A DNA stretch of 64,000 nt from Thermoproteota archaeon (GTDB lineage Archaea > Thermoproteota > Thermoprotei > Gearchaeales > Gearchaeaceae): NCBI GenBank assembly GCA_032249235.1, contig JAVVGF010000004.1, positions 64,001 to 128,000 of the forward strand, written 5' to 3'. Below are positions 18,296 through 27,710 of this stretch, one piece after another (the first letter of the stretch is position 1; each line of letters opens with the position of its first letter). Position numbers and translations under genes: made by a program. The notes beneath the pieces are model-generated. The model worked only from the letters and a program-made list of their open reading frames with translations. It had not been told where the DNA came from and made no database searches.

Positions 18296-18826
18296 TTATT
18301 TTTTAGCCTCTGCTTCTTTAATTATCTTTTCTAATTCTTCTATTTTCTTTTGTAATTTTTCAATTCTTTTAGTTTTATCCTTAATTACCAAAATGCTACC
18401 ACATCCTTCAACATCACAAACATAATTGTTCATTAATGCTTCGCTTTCTATGAAAGTTTTCTTATGAACAGGACATTCGTAAAAAGTATTCTCTTCTTCA
18501 TATTTTAATCTCAGCTTTAATTTTTCCAGAATAGTCTTTAACTTATCTAAAATCACTTTATCGAATTGTTCCGTCCTGAAAACTGCATTATAAATGAACC
18601 ATCCTGATTTTTCATCTCTTTCTTTTTTGAAATCAACCAATCCCATGTTGAATAAATCATATAGAATCTTTCTTACAACAGTAATTTTCAAATTGCTTTG
18701 TTTTGCCAACCATTCTTCATTAACTTCTCCTTTATCTAACATTAATGAAACAACATGTGCAGCTTCAGGTCTTAGCAATAATGAAATTGTCTTTGCGATA
18801 TATTCTTTTTCTTCTTTGGTTACCAT
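18296..18826 (-). CDS. tfe: Transcription factor E alpha
   Basis: wHTH (VRKILYDL...SGWFIY) followed by a Zn ribbon (CPVH...CDVEGC) and coiled coil. Confidence 0.92.
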   Translation of the reverse strand: MVTKEEKEYIAKTISLLLRPEAAHVVSLMLDKGEVNEEWLAKQSNLKITVVRKILYDLFNMGLVDFKKERDEKSGWFIYNAVFRTEQFDKVILDKLKTILEKLKLRLKYEEENTFYECPVHKKTFIESEALMNNYVCDVEGCGSILVIKDKTKRIEKLQKKIEELEKIIKEAEAKK

Positions 18827-18852
18827 GATCTATTTCTCTTTAAACAATCTAA

Positions 18853-19335
18853 TCAATCTTCTTTCATCTCTACAATATCTCCTAACGTTATATCTTGTTC
18901 GCTTTTTTTACTAACTGTTTTTTCTTCAAAGCTTTCCATTTCTAAGAGAGTTATTTTCAAAACTTTCTCAAGCTTTTTTGCCAATTCTATAGTAGGCTTT
19001 AATTTTCCTGCTTCTATCTTTTTCAAAGTAGAAAGCTTTTCTCCAACTAATGAAGCAAGCATATCTTGAGTCATGCCCATTTTTTCTCTAGCTTTTCTTA
19101 TTTCTGTTGCAAAATCTTCTCTTATGGAAACTTCAACTTGAGGTATTTTAAGTGTTTTATATTGGGGCGTAGGCATTTTCTTAATAACTTTTCTCATTTC
19201 AATAGGCTTGTTTTCAACTACTTCTCCAATTATTTTGCAAGAATCACAGACTTTCAAATAAGTTTTGTTAACTCTAATAGTTATTGGTTTTTGTATTTCC
19301 TTACCGCATATTTCGCAATACACAGCTAAAATCAT
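18853..19335 (-). CDS. mbf1: Archaeal multiprotein bridging factor aMBF1
   Basis: CEICG/VCDSC Zn ribbon, Cro-like HTH (IRKAREKMGMTQ...KIEAGKLKP), TLGDIV. Confidence 0.93.
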   Translation of the reverse strand: MILAVYCEICGKEIQKPITIRVNKTYLKVCDSCKIIGEVVENKPIEMRKVIKKMPTPQYKTLKIPQVEVSIREDFATEIRKAREKMGMTQDMLASLVGEKLSTLKKIEAGKLKPTIELAKKLEKVLKITLLEMESFEEKTVSKKSEQDITLGDIVEMKED

Positions 19336-19350
19336 TAAAATATGCTATAA

Positions 19351-19845
19351 ATGTTTATTATTGTGAGCTTCAATCCAATTCTAGCTTTGAAGACTTTAGC
19401 ATGTTATCAATTCGGTAAGGAAGTTGGTGACGTATTGTTTAAAGAAGAATTGATTAAAGAAATGAAGGTTAAATTCTCAGGTAGAACTAAAAGAATAAGA
19501 TATGTGCTCTTAGGAAATTCTCCATATTTATCTGTTCGAACTTCTGATGGTTTCTTAACACTTTCTTTGAGAGCAGCTAGAGAATTGCTAAAATCTTTGG
19601 AAAACTTCGAGAACTTAGTAATCGTTAATAGAGAAGCGGTAAAAACTATGATTGAAAGAAAAGAAATTTTGGCTAAGCAAATAAAAAGCGTAAGTCCAAA
19701 CTTAAAGGCGAATTCAGAAGTAGTTGTTGTAGACGAAGATAAAAAATTCATCGCAGTAGGAAGGGCAATTCTAAACGGTAAGGAAATGCTAGAAATTAAA
19801 AGAGGTGTGGTTATTAAATTACGTAAGGTGGGAAAATATGTTTAG
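19351..19845 (+). CDS. PUA-domain RNA-binding protein (TGT C2/PUA-like)
   Basis: YQFG, RTKRIRYV, RTSDGFLTLS, EVVVVDE...AVGRA. Confidence 0.8.
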   Translation: MFIIVSFNPILALKTLACYQFGKEVGDVLFKEELIKEMKVKFSGRTKRIRYVLLGNSPYLSVRTSDGFLTLSLRAARELLKSLENFENLVIVNREAVKTMIERKEILAKQIKSVSPNLKANSEVVVVDEDKKFIAVGRAILNGKEMLEIKRGVVIKLRKVGKYV

Positions 19846-20194
19846 AAGAGGAATAAATAGAGAGACTTTGCGAATGCTGCAAAGAATGGGTGTTAGCTTT
19901 GAAAATTTAGAAGGCATAGAAGAAGTTGTTTTAAAATTTAAAGACAAAATAATCATATTGAAAAATCCTGAAGTTATGGTCACTAAAATAAGCGGACAGA
20001 AGCTATATCAAATAGCTGCATCAGAAGAAATAGAAGAAAAGAAAGAAGTATCTGAATACATTCCTAATGAAGAAGATATTCAACTTGTAATGCAACAAGC
20101 TAATGCATCAAGAGAAGAAGCAATAAGTGCTCTCAAAGAAACTGAAGGAGATATTGCATCGGCAATAATTTTGATAAAAGCTAGGAAACAGTGA
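19838..20194 (+). CDS. nac: Nascent polypeptide-associated complex protein
   Basis: RMLQRMG NAC domain plus UBA (EEDIQLVMQQANASREEA...GDIASAI). Confidence 0.93.
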   Translation: MFRRGINRETLRMLQRMGVSFENLEGIEEVVLKFKDKIIILKNPEVMVTKISGQKLYQIAASEEIEEKKEVSEYIPNEEDIQLVMQQANASREEAISALKETEGDIASAIILIKARKQ

Positions 20195-20721
20195 AAACCT
20201 TTTATTTTGAAGATTTCAATATTTGGGCTTGCTATGCTTCTTTTAAATTGAAAAATAGAAATCTTAATGAAATTTTCGAATATATTTCTAGAATTAAGTC
20301 AAAAGTTGATATTTTGCAATTGGTAGATGCTGACAAGATTTGTGGTGAGCTACACTTACTCAGCGGTATATATAGAACCTATAGAGCTAAAAAAGAATCA
20401 AAAAATATAGCTAAGGAGAATTCTGTTGAATTGTTGCTCCGTCTTAGCGGTAAAAGACAAATAAATGAAGCAATAAGCATATTAGGATTAAATGAAAAGA
20501 CAAGGAATGTATTGGTTTGTTGTTGTGATCAAGATTTGGATAAAGCAAAATTAGTTACTGAAGAATTAGTTAGTCATCTTTCAGAATTTGAGAACGATGA
20601 TTTCATAAACGTATATGATAAAGTGAAGGAAGAAGAAATTAAGAAAACATTCAATATAAGGACGAACAATATAGAGAAAGAAGTTTTAATGAAAATTTCT
20701 TACATTGAACTATTATCATAA
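20191..20721 (+). CDS. cgi121: KEOPS complex subunit Cgi121
   Basis: QLVDADKICGELHL, ELLLRLSGKRQINEAISILG. Confidence 0.88.
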   Translation: MKTFYFEDFNIWACYASFKLKNRNLNEIFEYISRIKSKVDILQLVDADKICGELHLLSGIYRTYRAKKESKNIAKENSVELLLRLSGKRQINEAISILGLNEKTRNVLVCCCDQDLDKAKLVTEELVSHLSEFENDDFINVYDKVKEEEIKKTFNIRTNNIEKEVLMKISYIELLS

Positions 20722-21260
20722 TCACCTAGCAATTCTTCTATTGCTTTCTTTTTCATTTTATTAAGCACAAATATTTGATCTCTTTTAAGTACAGAAATTC
20801 CTGCAATATCCCTAATTATTTCTATCAAGATCACGTAATCGTAATTAACTAAATCTACTTTTCTTTTAACTTTTGGAGCTATTTGTTCAATTAAAAAGTC
20901 GCTTTTTATGTTTGATTCTCTCTTATCAATGCTTATTCTAAAGCTTTTATTTTCTTCGATCTTATTCAACAAGAGCTCAGCCGATTTAACAATTGTTTCT
21001 TCTTTAGCTTCAGTTATGATTTCAATGGGTATTGCTCTAAGTATGTATTTTATGCTCCATACATTTTCTTTTGAATAATTTATAATTGTTTCAACAGCTT
21101 TGATAGGATCGAAATTAACTTTCAATAATATCAAACCAGGCATTTTAACATCTAAAGGTTCAAAATCTTTAAATCCAAATTTCGATAGCAAAAGCCATGC
21201 TTCATGAACACAGTCATCTTCCCTAAATCTGTAAGTAGTTAATATTATTCCTTTATTCAT
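20700..21260 (-). CDS. THUMP-domain protein (Tan1-like)
   Basis: ILRAIPIE, SFRISIDKR, KVDLVNYDYVILIEII. Confidence 0.85.
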   Translation of the reverse strand: MNKGIILTTYRFREDDCVHEAWLLLSKFGFKDFEPLDVKMPGLILLKVNFDPIKAVETIINYSKENVWSIKYILRAIPIEIITEAKEETIVKSAELLLNKIEENKSFRISIDKRESNIKSDFLIEQIAPKVKRKVDLVNYDYVILIEIIRDIAGISVLKRDQIFVLNKMKKKAIEELLGDYDNSSM

Positions 21261-21585
21261 GATATAAGAAGAGGATTGTGTGCGTATCCTTAAATCTTTT
21301 TATTAAATTCTCCTTTTTCTTCATTCTTAATTTGGTATAAACAAGTCCTCCTTTAACTCTTTTAGATATGAGTTTTATAACCAAATTATCCTTAAGCTTC
21401 TTATTTTTATGAATTTTCTTGAAATTTCTTTCTTCTCCATCCTTTTCCTTAGTCTTGAATAAATAAAATTCTTTTTCATGCTCTAATACAAAAATTAATT
21501 CATCCCATCTTCTTATTAGCGAAAAGAATTCATCCAAAGATTTTTCATCTATCTCATTTAGCCAAATTATTATCATTGCTTGCAC
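21253..21585 (-). CDS. Hypothetical basic protein
   Basis: 110-aa ORF overlapping the THUMP gene start; no motif recognised. Confidence 0.65.
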   Translation of the reverse strand: MQAMIIIWLNEIDEKSLDEFFSLIRRWDELIFVLEHEKEFYLFKTKEKDGEERNFKKIHKNKKLKDNLVIKLISKRVKGGLVYTKLRMKKKENLIKRFKDTHTILFLYHE

Positions 21586-21641
21586 CTTTCATGGGCTATA
21601 AAACAGCTATCTTTTTAAATAAGTAAGTAGTTATCTCATTC

Positions 21642-21719
21642 ATGGCTGAGGAAGAAGAACTTGAGGAATTTGAGGAGTTCGAAGAATTTGAAGAATTAGA
21701 AGAATTTGAGGAATTTTAA
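21642..21719 (+). CDS. 25-aa acidic micropeptide MAEEEELEEFEEFEEFEELEEFEEF
   Basis: ATG...TAA frame, TATA-like TTTTTAAA about 23-30 nt upstream, T-tract after the stop, synonymous codon variation across repeats. Confidence 0.7.
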   Translation: MAEEEELEEFEEFEEFEELEEFEEF

Positions 21720-21764
21720 TTTTTTCGTTGAATTTTTAAGTAAGTTCCTATATTAAATCTTTAC

Positions 21765-22019
21765 ATGCAATTTTGCCCTAAATGCAATAATTTGATGGTT
21801 CCAAAGAGAGTGAAGAATGGATTTAAACTTGTATGTACTAACTGTGGTTACTCAAAAAGAGTTAAAAAAATTGATATCAAGCTCGTTTCAAAGTCAGCTG
21901 ATAAAAAGAGTAAAGAAATAGCTCTAACTACTCCTGATGAAGTAAAGGCTAGAGAAGAAGAAAAAATGTTGCTTGAAGAATTGTATAAAGATTCGTTAGA
22001 ATACTTTGAAACTGATTAG
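21765..22019 (+). CDS. TFS/RpoM paralogue with N-terminal Zn ribbon only (TFS2-like)
   Basis: MQFCPKCNNLMVP...CTNCGY; no C-terminal ribbon or DE motif; acidic tail. Confidence 0.8.
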   Translation: MQFCPKCNNLMVPKRVKNGFKLVCTNCGYSKRVKKIDIKLVSKSADKKSKEIALTTPDEVKAREEEKMLLEELYKDSLEYFETD

Positions 22020-23812
22020 TGACAGTAAGAATAGCAATAGTAAATCGCGACTATTGCAAATCTGACAAGTGTAATTTCGAGTGCAATAGATTTTGTCCTA
22101 TAGTAAGAGCTGGAAATGAAATAGTTTGGCTTGATGAATCAGGTAAAGCTGTAATAGATGAAGAAGGATGTATAGGTTGTGGTATTTGTGTAGAAAAATG
22201 TCCATTTCATGCAATAGAAATCGTTAATCTTGCAAGTGAGCCAAAAGTTCCTTGTATTCATCAATATGGAGTAAATAGTTTCAGACTTTATGGCTTACCT
22301 TTCATCAGATATGGAAAAGCTTCAGGCGTTATAGGCATGAATGGTGCGGGCAAATCTACAGCTATAAACATACTTGCAGGTAAATTATATCCAAATTTAG
22401 GAAATTTTGATAAAAAGCCTGAACCAGAGGATATAATAAGCAATTTCAGAGGTAGCGAATTGCAACGTTACTTGAAAGACCTTTATGATAAGAAAATAAG
22501 GGTTGCAATTAAGCCACAAGATATACATGAAATACCTCTGGTGCTTAAAGGAAGCGTTAGAGATGTATTGAAATTCATTGAAAATAAAGATATATTTGAG
22601 CATGTAAGCGAGGTTTTTAAATTGAACGAATTTGTCGATAAGAAAATTTCTAATCTAAGTGGGGGAGAACTTCAAAGATTCGCTATTACACTAGCTATTT
22701 CGAGAGATGCTGACGTTTATTTCTTGGACGAGCCTTGCAGCTATTTAGATGTACAGCAAAGACTCAGACTAGCTCGCATATTGGATTTCTTGTTAGAAAG
22801 AAACAAAACTTTGCTTATTGTGGAGCATGATCTATCCCTAATTGATTATTTATGCGATACAATAACCATAATCTACGGTAAACCTAAGGTATATGGTATA
22901 GCTTCTTTGCCTTATTCTACAAATGCAGGAATAAATGCTTATTTTGAAGGATTTTTACCTCATGAAAATGTTAGAATAAGGAAAAATCCCATCAAGTTTT
23001 ATCTAAAAAGTTTAGAAAGGGTTGAATTTTCTCCTTATAAATTCTTGTTCTGGACTAATTTGAAAGTAAATTTATATGATTTTTATCTCGAAGTAGAAGA
23101 AGGCTTTGCAAATAAAGGAGAAGTTTTAGGAATTGTTGGACCTAACGGTATTGGTAAAACTACCTTCGTTAAGACAATTGTGGGAGAGATAAAGGAATAT
23201 GAAGGAAGTGTTTATTCTATAGAAGAAAATCCTAAAATGAGCTATAAGCCCCAAGTTTTCAAGTTCGAAAACGAAGATCTTTTGGTTAAGGATTATTTGT
23301 ATGATATAAACAAGGAATTCTATAAGAATGAATGGATAACCGATGAAATAATTCAACCTTTAAGGATCGATCAAATTTTAGAAAGGAAGATTTCTGAACT
23401 TAGCGGAGGTGAGAGACAAGCTTTAATGATAGCGGCAACACTTTTGAGAGATGCAGATATATACGTTTTTGATGAACCTAGCGCATTTTTAGATGTTGAA
23501 CAAAGATTATCTTTAGCTAAACTTTTGAAAAAATATGCTCAAACATTTAAAAAACTCGTGATCGTCGTAGAGCATGATTTATTAATTCATGATTTCACAG
23601 CAGATTCATTAATAATCTTTAAAGGTGAACCTGCGAAGAAAGGTTATGCACTTAAGCCTATGTCTTTAAAAGAAGGTTTCAATAACTTTTTGAAAGATTT
23701 AGGAATTACCTTTAGAAGAGATAAAAGGACTAATAGACCTAGGATAAATAAGCCTGGCTCTAGTTTAGATAGATATCAAAAAGAAATTGGTGAATATTAC
23801 TATTTAGAATAA
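22019..23812 (+). CDS. rli: Ribosome recycling ATPase ABCE1/RLI
   Basis: Fe-S domain (CIGCGICVEKCP), two NBDs (GMNGAGKS, GPNGIGKT, LSGGE), RPRINKPGS. Confidence 0.98.
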   Translation: MTVRIAIVNRDYCKSDKCNFECNRFCPIVRAGNEIVWLDESGKAVIDEEGCIGCGICVEKCPFHAIEIVNLASEPKVPCIHQYGVNSFRLYGLPFIRYGKASGVIGMNGAGKSTAINILAGKLYPNLGNFDKKPEPEDIISNFRGSELQRYLKDLYDKKIRVAIKPQDIHEIPLVLKGSVRDVLKFIENKDIFEHVSEVFKLNEFVDKKISNLSGGELQRFAITLAISRDADVYFLDEPCSYLDVQQRLRLARILDFLLERNKTLLIVEHDLSLIDYLCDTITIIYGKPKVYGIASLPYSTNAGINAYFEGFLPHENVRIRKNPIKFYLKSLERVEFSPYKFLFWTNLKVNLYDFYLEVEEGFANKGEVLGIVGPNGIGKTTFVKTIVGEIKEYEGSVYSIEENPKMSYKPQVFKFENEDLLVKDYLYDINKEFYKNEWITDEIIQPLRIDQILERKISELSGGERQALMIAATLLRDADIYVFDEPSAFLDVEQRLSLAKLLKKYAQTFKKLVIVVEHDLLIHDFTADSLIIFKGEPAKKGYALKPMSLKEGFNNFLKDLGITFRRDKRTNRPRINKPGSSLDRYQKEIGEYYYLE

Positions 23813-23841
23813 ACTTAAATCTGTTCAATGATTTAATCATT

Positions 23842-24945
23842 ATGGCTGAAGTAACGATTTCTATAATAAAGGCAGATGTCGGCTCAATAGCTGGACATCA
23901 TAAGGTAATACCTGAACAAATTGATTTAGCAAAGCAAATGTTAGCCAATGCAAAAGAGAAAGGATTGATCATTGATTATTTTGTTTTCAATGCAGGAGAT
24001 GATCTAGAGCTTTTAATGACGCATAATAAAGGCGTAGACAATCCTGAAATCCATGAATTAGCTTGGAATACATTCAAAGAAGTTACAGAAAAAGTTTCGA
24101 AAAAATATAAGCTTTATGCAGCTGGTCAAGATTTGCTATCAGAAGCTTTCTCTGGAAATGTAAAGGGTCTTGGTCCTATGGCTGCCGAAATGGAAATCGA
24201 AGAAAGACCTAGTGAACCGATAATCGTTTTTGCTGCAGACAAAACAGAACCAGGCGCTTGGAATTTACCGCTTTACCGTGTATTCGCAGATCCATTCTGT
24301 ACTCCAGGCTTGGTGATCGATCCTTTAATGCATGAAGGATTTATCTTCGAAGTAATGGATTTAATGCAAAACAAAATAATAAGACTTAATACTCCAGAAG
24401 AATCCTATGACTTACTAGCTTTAATAGGTACTCCTGGAAGATTTGTCATATCAAAGGTTATAAGAAAAGATGGACTTTTGGCTGCTGTAGCAAGTACAAG
24501 TAGATTATCTTTAATTGCAGGAAGATATGTTGGAAAAGATGATCCTGTATGCATTGTAAGAGCTCAAAGAGGATTGCCTGCAGTAGGAGAATATCTCGAA
24601 GCTTTTTCATATCCATATTTAGTAGCTGGATGGATGAGAGGTAGTCATGTAGGACCTTTGATGCCTGTTTCGCTTAAGGATTCAAGAGTTAGTAGATTTG
24701 ATGGTCCTCCTAGAGTTGTGGCTTTAGGTTTCCAAGTATACAATGGAAGGTTGCTAGGGCCTGCTGATCTATTTGAAGATGTTGCATTTGATGCTGTAAG
24801 AGCAAAAGCTTCTGAAATAGCAGAATATATTAGAAGACATGGTCCTTTCATGCCTCATAGATTAGGTCCTGAAGAAATGGAATACACAACTTTACCTCAA
24901 GTATTGAAGAAGCTGGAGAAACGCTTCATAGAAGTAAAGGCTTAA
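23842..24945 (+). CDS. fbp: Bifunctional fructose-1,6-bisphosphate aldolase/phosphatase (class V)
   Basis: SIIKADVGS, GDDLELLMTH, YVGKDDPV, GWMRGSH, RFDGPPRV, EMEYTTLP. Confidence 0.98.
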   Translation: MAEVTISIIKADVGSIAGHHKVIPEQIDLAKQMLANAKEKGLIIDYFVFNAGDDLELLMTHNKGVDNPEIHELAWNTFKEVTEKVSKKYKLYAAGQDLLSEAFSGNVKGLGPMAAEMEIEERPSEPIIVFAADKTEPGAWNLPLYRVFADPFCTPGLVIDPLMHEGFIFEVMDLMQNKIIRLNTPEESYDLLALIGTPGRFVISKVIRKDGLLAAVASTSRLSLIAGRYVGKDDPVCIVRAQRGLPAVGEYLEAFSYPYLVAGWMRGSHVGPLMPVSLKDSRVSRFDGPPRVVALGFQVYNGRLLGPADLFEDVAFDAVRAKASEIAEYIRRHGPFMPHRLGPEEMEYTTLPQVLKKLEKRFIEVKA

Positions 24946-25631
24946 TGTTTTTTTTGAATTTTCCACTTTTTCTAATAAATTTCAAATGTTATGAAGAAGC
25001 AATAGGAGATAATGCAAAAAGATTGGCTCTTGCTTCCAAGAAAATTTCAGAAGAATTGAATATTGATATTTTTCTTGCACCTATTTATACTGATATTAGG
25101 GAAATTTCTAAGTTAAACGTAAAAGTATTTGCTCAAGGAGCCGATCCTGTAGAACCTGGAAGTTATACAGCGCATGTACCTCTTGAAGCAATAAAAGCTG
25201 CAGGAGCAATAGGTGTTATAATAAATCATTCTGAGAAGAGATTAAATTATGAAGCGATTGAATTTTTGGTTAAAAAATGCAAAAAGCTTTCCTTAATCTC
25301 GCTTGTTTGTGGAGCAAGCGTAGAGGAATGCTTGAATTTAGCGAAGATCAAGCCTGATATAATCGCAATAGAACCTCCTGAATTAATAGGAACTGGCAAA
25401 TCTGTATCTAAATACAAGCCTGAAAGCATTTTAATGACTGTAAAGCTTGTAAAGGAATTCGATAAAAACATTCATGTTATTTGTGGTGCTGGAATATCTA
25501 ATGCTGAAGATGTTTCAGAAGCTTTAAAATTAGGTGCTGAAGGAATTTTGGTTTCTTCAAGCATAGTAAAAGCTGAGAATCAAGAAGAAAAAATTCGAGA
25601 ATTAGCCCTTGTTTTCAAATCTCATAAATGA
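24945..25631 (+). CDS. tpiA: Triosephosphate isomerase (archaeal type)
   Basis: INFK, INHSE, AIEPPELIGTG, CGAGI. Confidence 0.97.
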   Translation: MFFLNFPLFLINFKCYEEAIGDNAKRLALASKKISEELNIDIFLAPIYTDIREISKLNVKVFAQGADPVEPGSYTAHVPLEAIKAAGAIGVIINHSEKRLNYEAIEFLVKKCKKLSLISLVCGASVEECLNLAKIKPDIIAIEPPELIGTGKSVSKYKPESILMTVKLVKEFDKNIHVICGAGISNAEDVSEALKLGAEGILVSSSIVKAENQEEKIRELALVFKSHK

Positions 25632-26332
25632 CTGAATTCAGAGTTGGAACAAGCGGTTATAATTATTTTTGGAATGAAGGGAAACCTTCACAATTTAAAT
25701 GGTATTTAAGTCAGAAATTCAATTCAGTAGAAATAAATGCTACGTTCTATTCTTTCCCTTATAAAAGTTGGATAAAAAGCTGGTCTTCTGCACCGGATAA
25801 TTTTGATTTCTCAATAAAAGTTAATAGAATAATAACTCACTATTCAAAGTTAAGTGAAAAAGCTATTGCGATTTTTGAAAAATTCAAGAATTCTTTCAAG
25901 GAGATTGAAGAGAAAATAGCTTTTTGGCTTTTCCAAATGCCTCCATCTTTTGAATTCAACGAAACTAATCTTAAAAGAATAAGGCAATTTTTTTCAGCAG
26001 TAAATATTCCAGCAGTAATCGAATTTAGAGATCCTTCTTGGTGGAATGAAACAACTCTAAAAATTCTTAAGGAATTAAACGTTGTATTTTGTTCTGTCGA
26101 TGCTCCTGAATTACCTAATGATATAGTTGAAACGAATGGAATAATATATCTAAGATTGCATGGAAGAGAAGAGTGGTATAGTTATGAATACAAAAGAGAA
26201 GAGCTTGATGAAATCATAGAGAAAATAAACCAAATATCTCCTTTAAAATGCTACATATATCTAAACAACGATCACGGAATGCTTCCAAATGGATTATATC
26301 TTTTAAAAAAATTGGATTTAATTAAAACTTAA
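25628..26332 (+). CDS. DUF72 family protein
   Basis: VGTSGY, VEINATFY, LFQMPPSF, YLRLHGR, YLNND. Confidence 0.93.
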   Translation: MTEFRVGTSGYNYFWNEGKPSQFKWYLSQKFNSVEINATFYSFPYKSWIKSWSSAPDNFDFSIKVNRIITHYSKLSEKAIAIFEKFKNSFKEIEEKIAFWLFQMPPSFEFNETNLKRIRQFFSAVNIPAVIEFRDPSWWNETTLKILKELNVVFCSVDAPELPNDIVETNGIIYLRLHGREEWYSYEYKREELDEIIEKINQISPLKCYIYLNNDHGMLPNGLYLLKKLDLIKT

Positions 26333-27060
26333 CCGTAAAACAGCATGCTAGGTTGTGTCTCTATTGGCTTTATTCTTTCTTTCAATTCTTTTATTTGATT
26401 TTCTAGCATTTCTGCTTCCTTTAATAAAGGTTGAGGATCCAATGCTATATTAGGAAATAGCTTGTTGATTGCTTCAAGAACTTTTGTAACGATCTTAAAG
26501 CTAGGTTCTCTTTGACTAATTTCAGCAACCAAACAATAAGCATCTATATTTGCCCATCTACATTCATCTAAGATTACAGCTGATAATCCTACTAACATTC
26601 CGTATTCAAAATAGTTTATACCTTTTTCTTTTAGTGCATTTCTTGCTTCATCAGTACTACCTATTCCATAAACTCCTAACTCGCTTGAGGTATCGCTTAC
26701 TAATAATTCTTCAACGCTTACAACGTTATGTATATCATTCTTCTCAGCCCATTCACAAATAGTCTTACCTATCATTCTTGTAAGTCTAGGATTTGGAGTG
26801 AATTCTGCAGTTATCACTGCAAATTTTAACTTTTCATCTGCATGTATCCTTGCAGGAAACTTAGGCTTACCTTTAAATATAAACGTTACAGGCGGAAAGT
26901 AATCTGAATTTATTGAAGCAATAGAATCTAAGTTAAAAGAACGAATGTAATAGTTTGCGAGCATCAAATTCAAAATTCCACTTACTGGTATTCCTATGAA
27001 TAAAGTTCCTTCCCGTAAATTTACTTTTTTGTATTCTCTTATTTCCACTTCTCTAACCAT
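26329..27060 (-). CDS. Proteasome assembly chaperone PAC2/PbaB-family protein
   Basis: Fold-typical pattern (FPPV...PARIH...GMLVGLSAVIL...PLLKEAEMLE); C-terminal FYG HbYX-like tail. Confidence 0.85.
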   Translation of the reverse strand: MVREVEIREYKKVNLREGTLFIGIPVSGILNLMLANYYIRSFNLDSIASINSDYFPPVTFIFKGKPKFPARIHADEKLKFAVITAEFTPNPRLTRMIGKTICEWAEKNDIHNVVSVEELLVSDTSSELGVYGIGSTDEARNALKEKGINYFEYGMLVGLSAVILDECRWANIDAYCLVAEISQREPSFKIVTKVLEAINKLFPNIALDPQPLLKEAEMLENQIKELKERIKPIETQPSMLFYG

Positions 27061-27141
27061 AATTACGATATAATTTAAATTCTTAACTAATTATTCTTAA
27101 TCAAATTTTTATTATCGTTATATCCAAAAAACATGGATATT

Positions 27142-27215
27142 GGGCCAGTGGTCTAGCGGACTATGACGTAGGCCTGCGGAGCCTAAGTTCGTGGGTTCGA
27201 ATCCCACCTGGCCCG
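27142..27215 (+). tRNA. tRNA-Arg(GCG)
   Basis: GGGCCAG acceptor, UAGGC-CUGCGGA-GCCUA, GUUCGAAUC. Confidence 0.96.
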
Positions 27216-27254
27216 TAGCTAAAGATTTAAGTTAGAATTTTCGTATTTTAACAA

Positions 27255-27710
27255 ATGAAAGCAATAAAAGTTGAAAAAGAAGCATGGGATTTGTTTTTCG
27301 AGCTTCTTGATGATTTAGCAAACAATAACTTATCATACATGAACAGGTATCCTGAACCTGTAGGCGAAATGAGATATCGAGACGTATTGAAGAAAGCATT
27401 CCTTGATACAGGTAAATGTCTTGCTATAATATGGCTCATCTTCGAGAACGGTCTAAAAAAGACTTATTCTTTTTTGATTGAAGCAGACATAGAGGAAGGA
27501 GAATTCAGCAATATTGCTGCTCTACCTGGTAAAGTTAGAGCAAATGTAATTGAAGAATTAGGCGATGAGAAAACGATAAAAATATATCGCGAGTCAAAAT
27601 TTTCGAACGGTAATGAAATCGTAAGATATCTAGAACTTGTAGGTAACAAATACAGAGAAAGAGAATTATATATTACGATGAAGAATGCTTTAAAAGAAGA
27701 GTTATTTTAA
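27255..27710 (+). CDS. Hypothetical protein
   Basis: 151-aa ORF with normal composition, coupled to the next gene (TAATG). Confidence 0.75.
   Translation: MKAIKVEKEAWDLFFELLDDLANNNLSYMNRYPEPVGEMRYRDVLKKAFLDTGKCLAIIWLIFENGLKKTYSFLIEADIEEGEFSNIAALPGKVRANVIEELGDEKTIKIYRESKFSNGNEIVRYLELVGNKYRERELYITMKNALKEELF

Noticed and set aside
21645-21716. CRISPR or simple microsatellite
   Set aside because: 9-nt degenerate units with no spacers; variation is mostly synonymous, favouring a coding interpretation.
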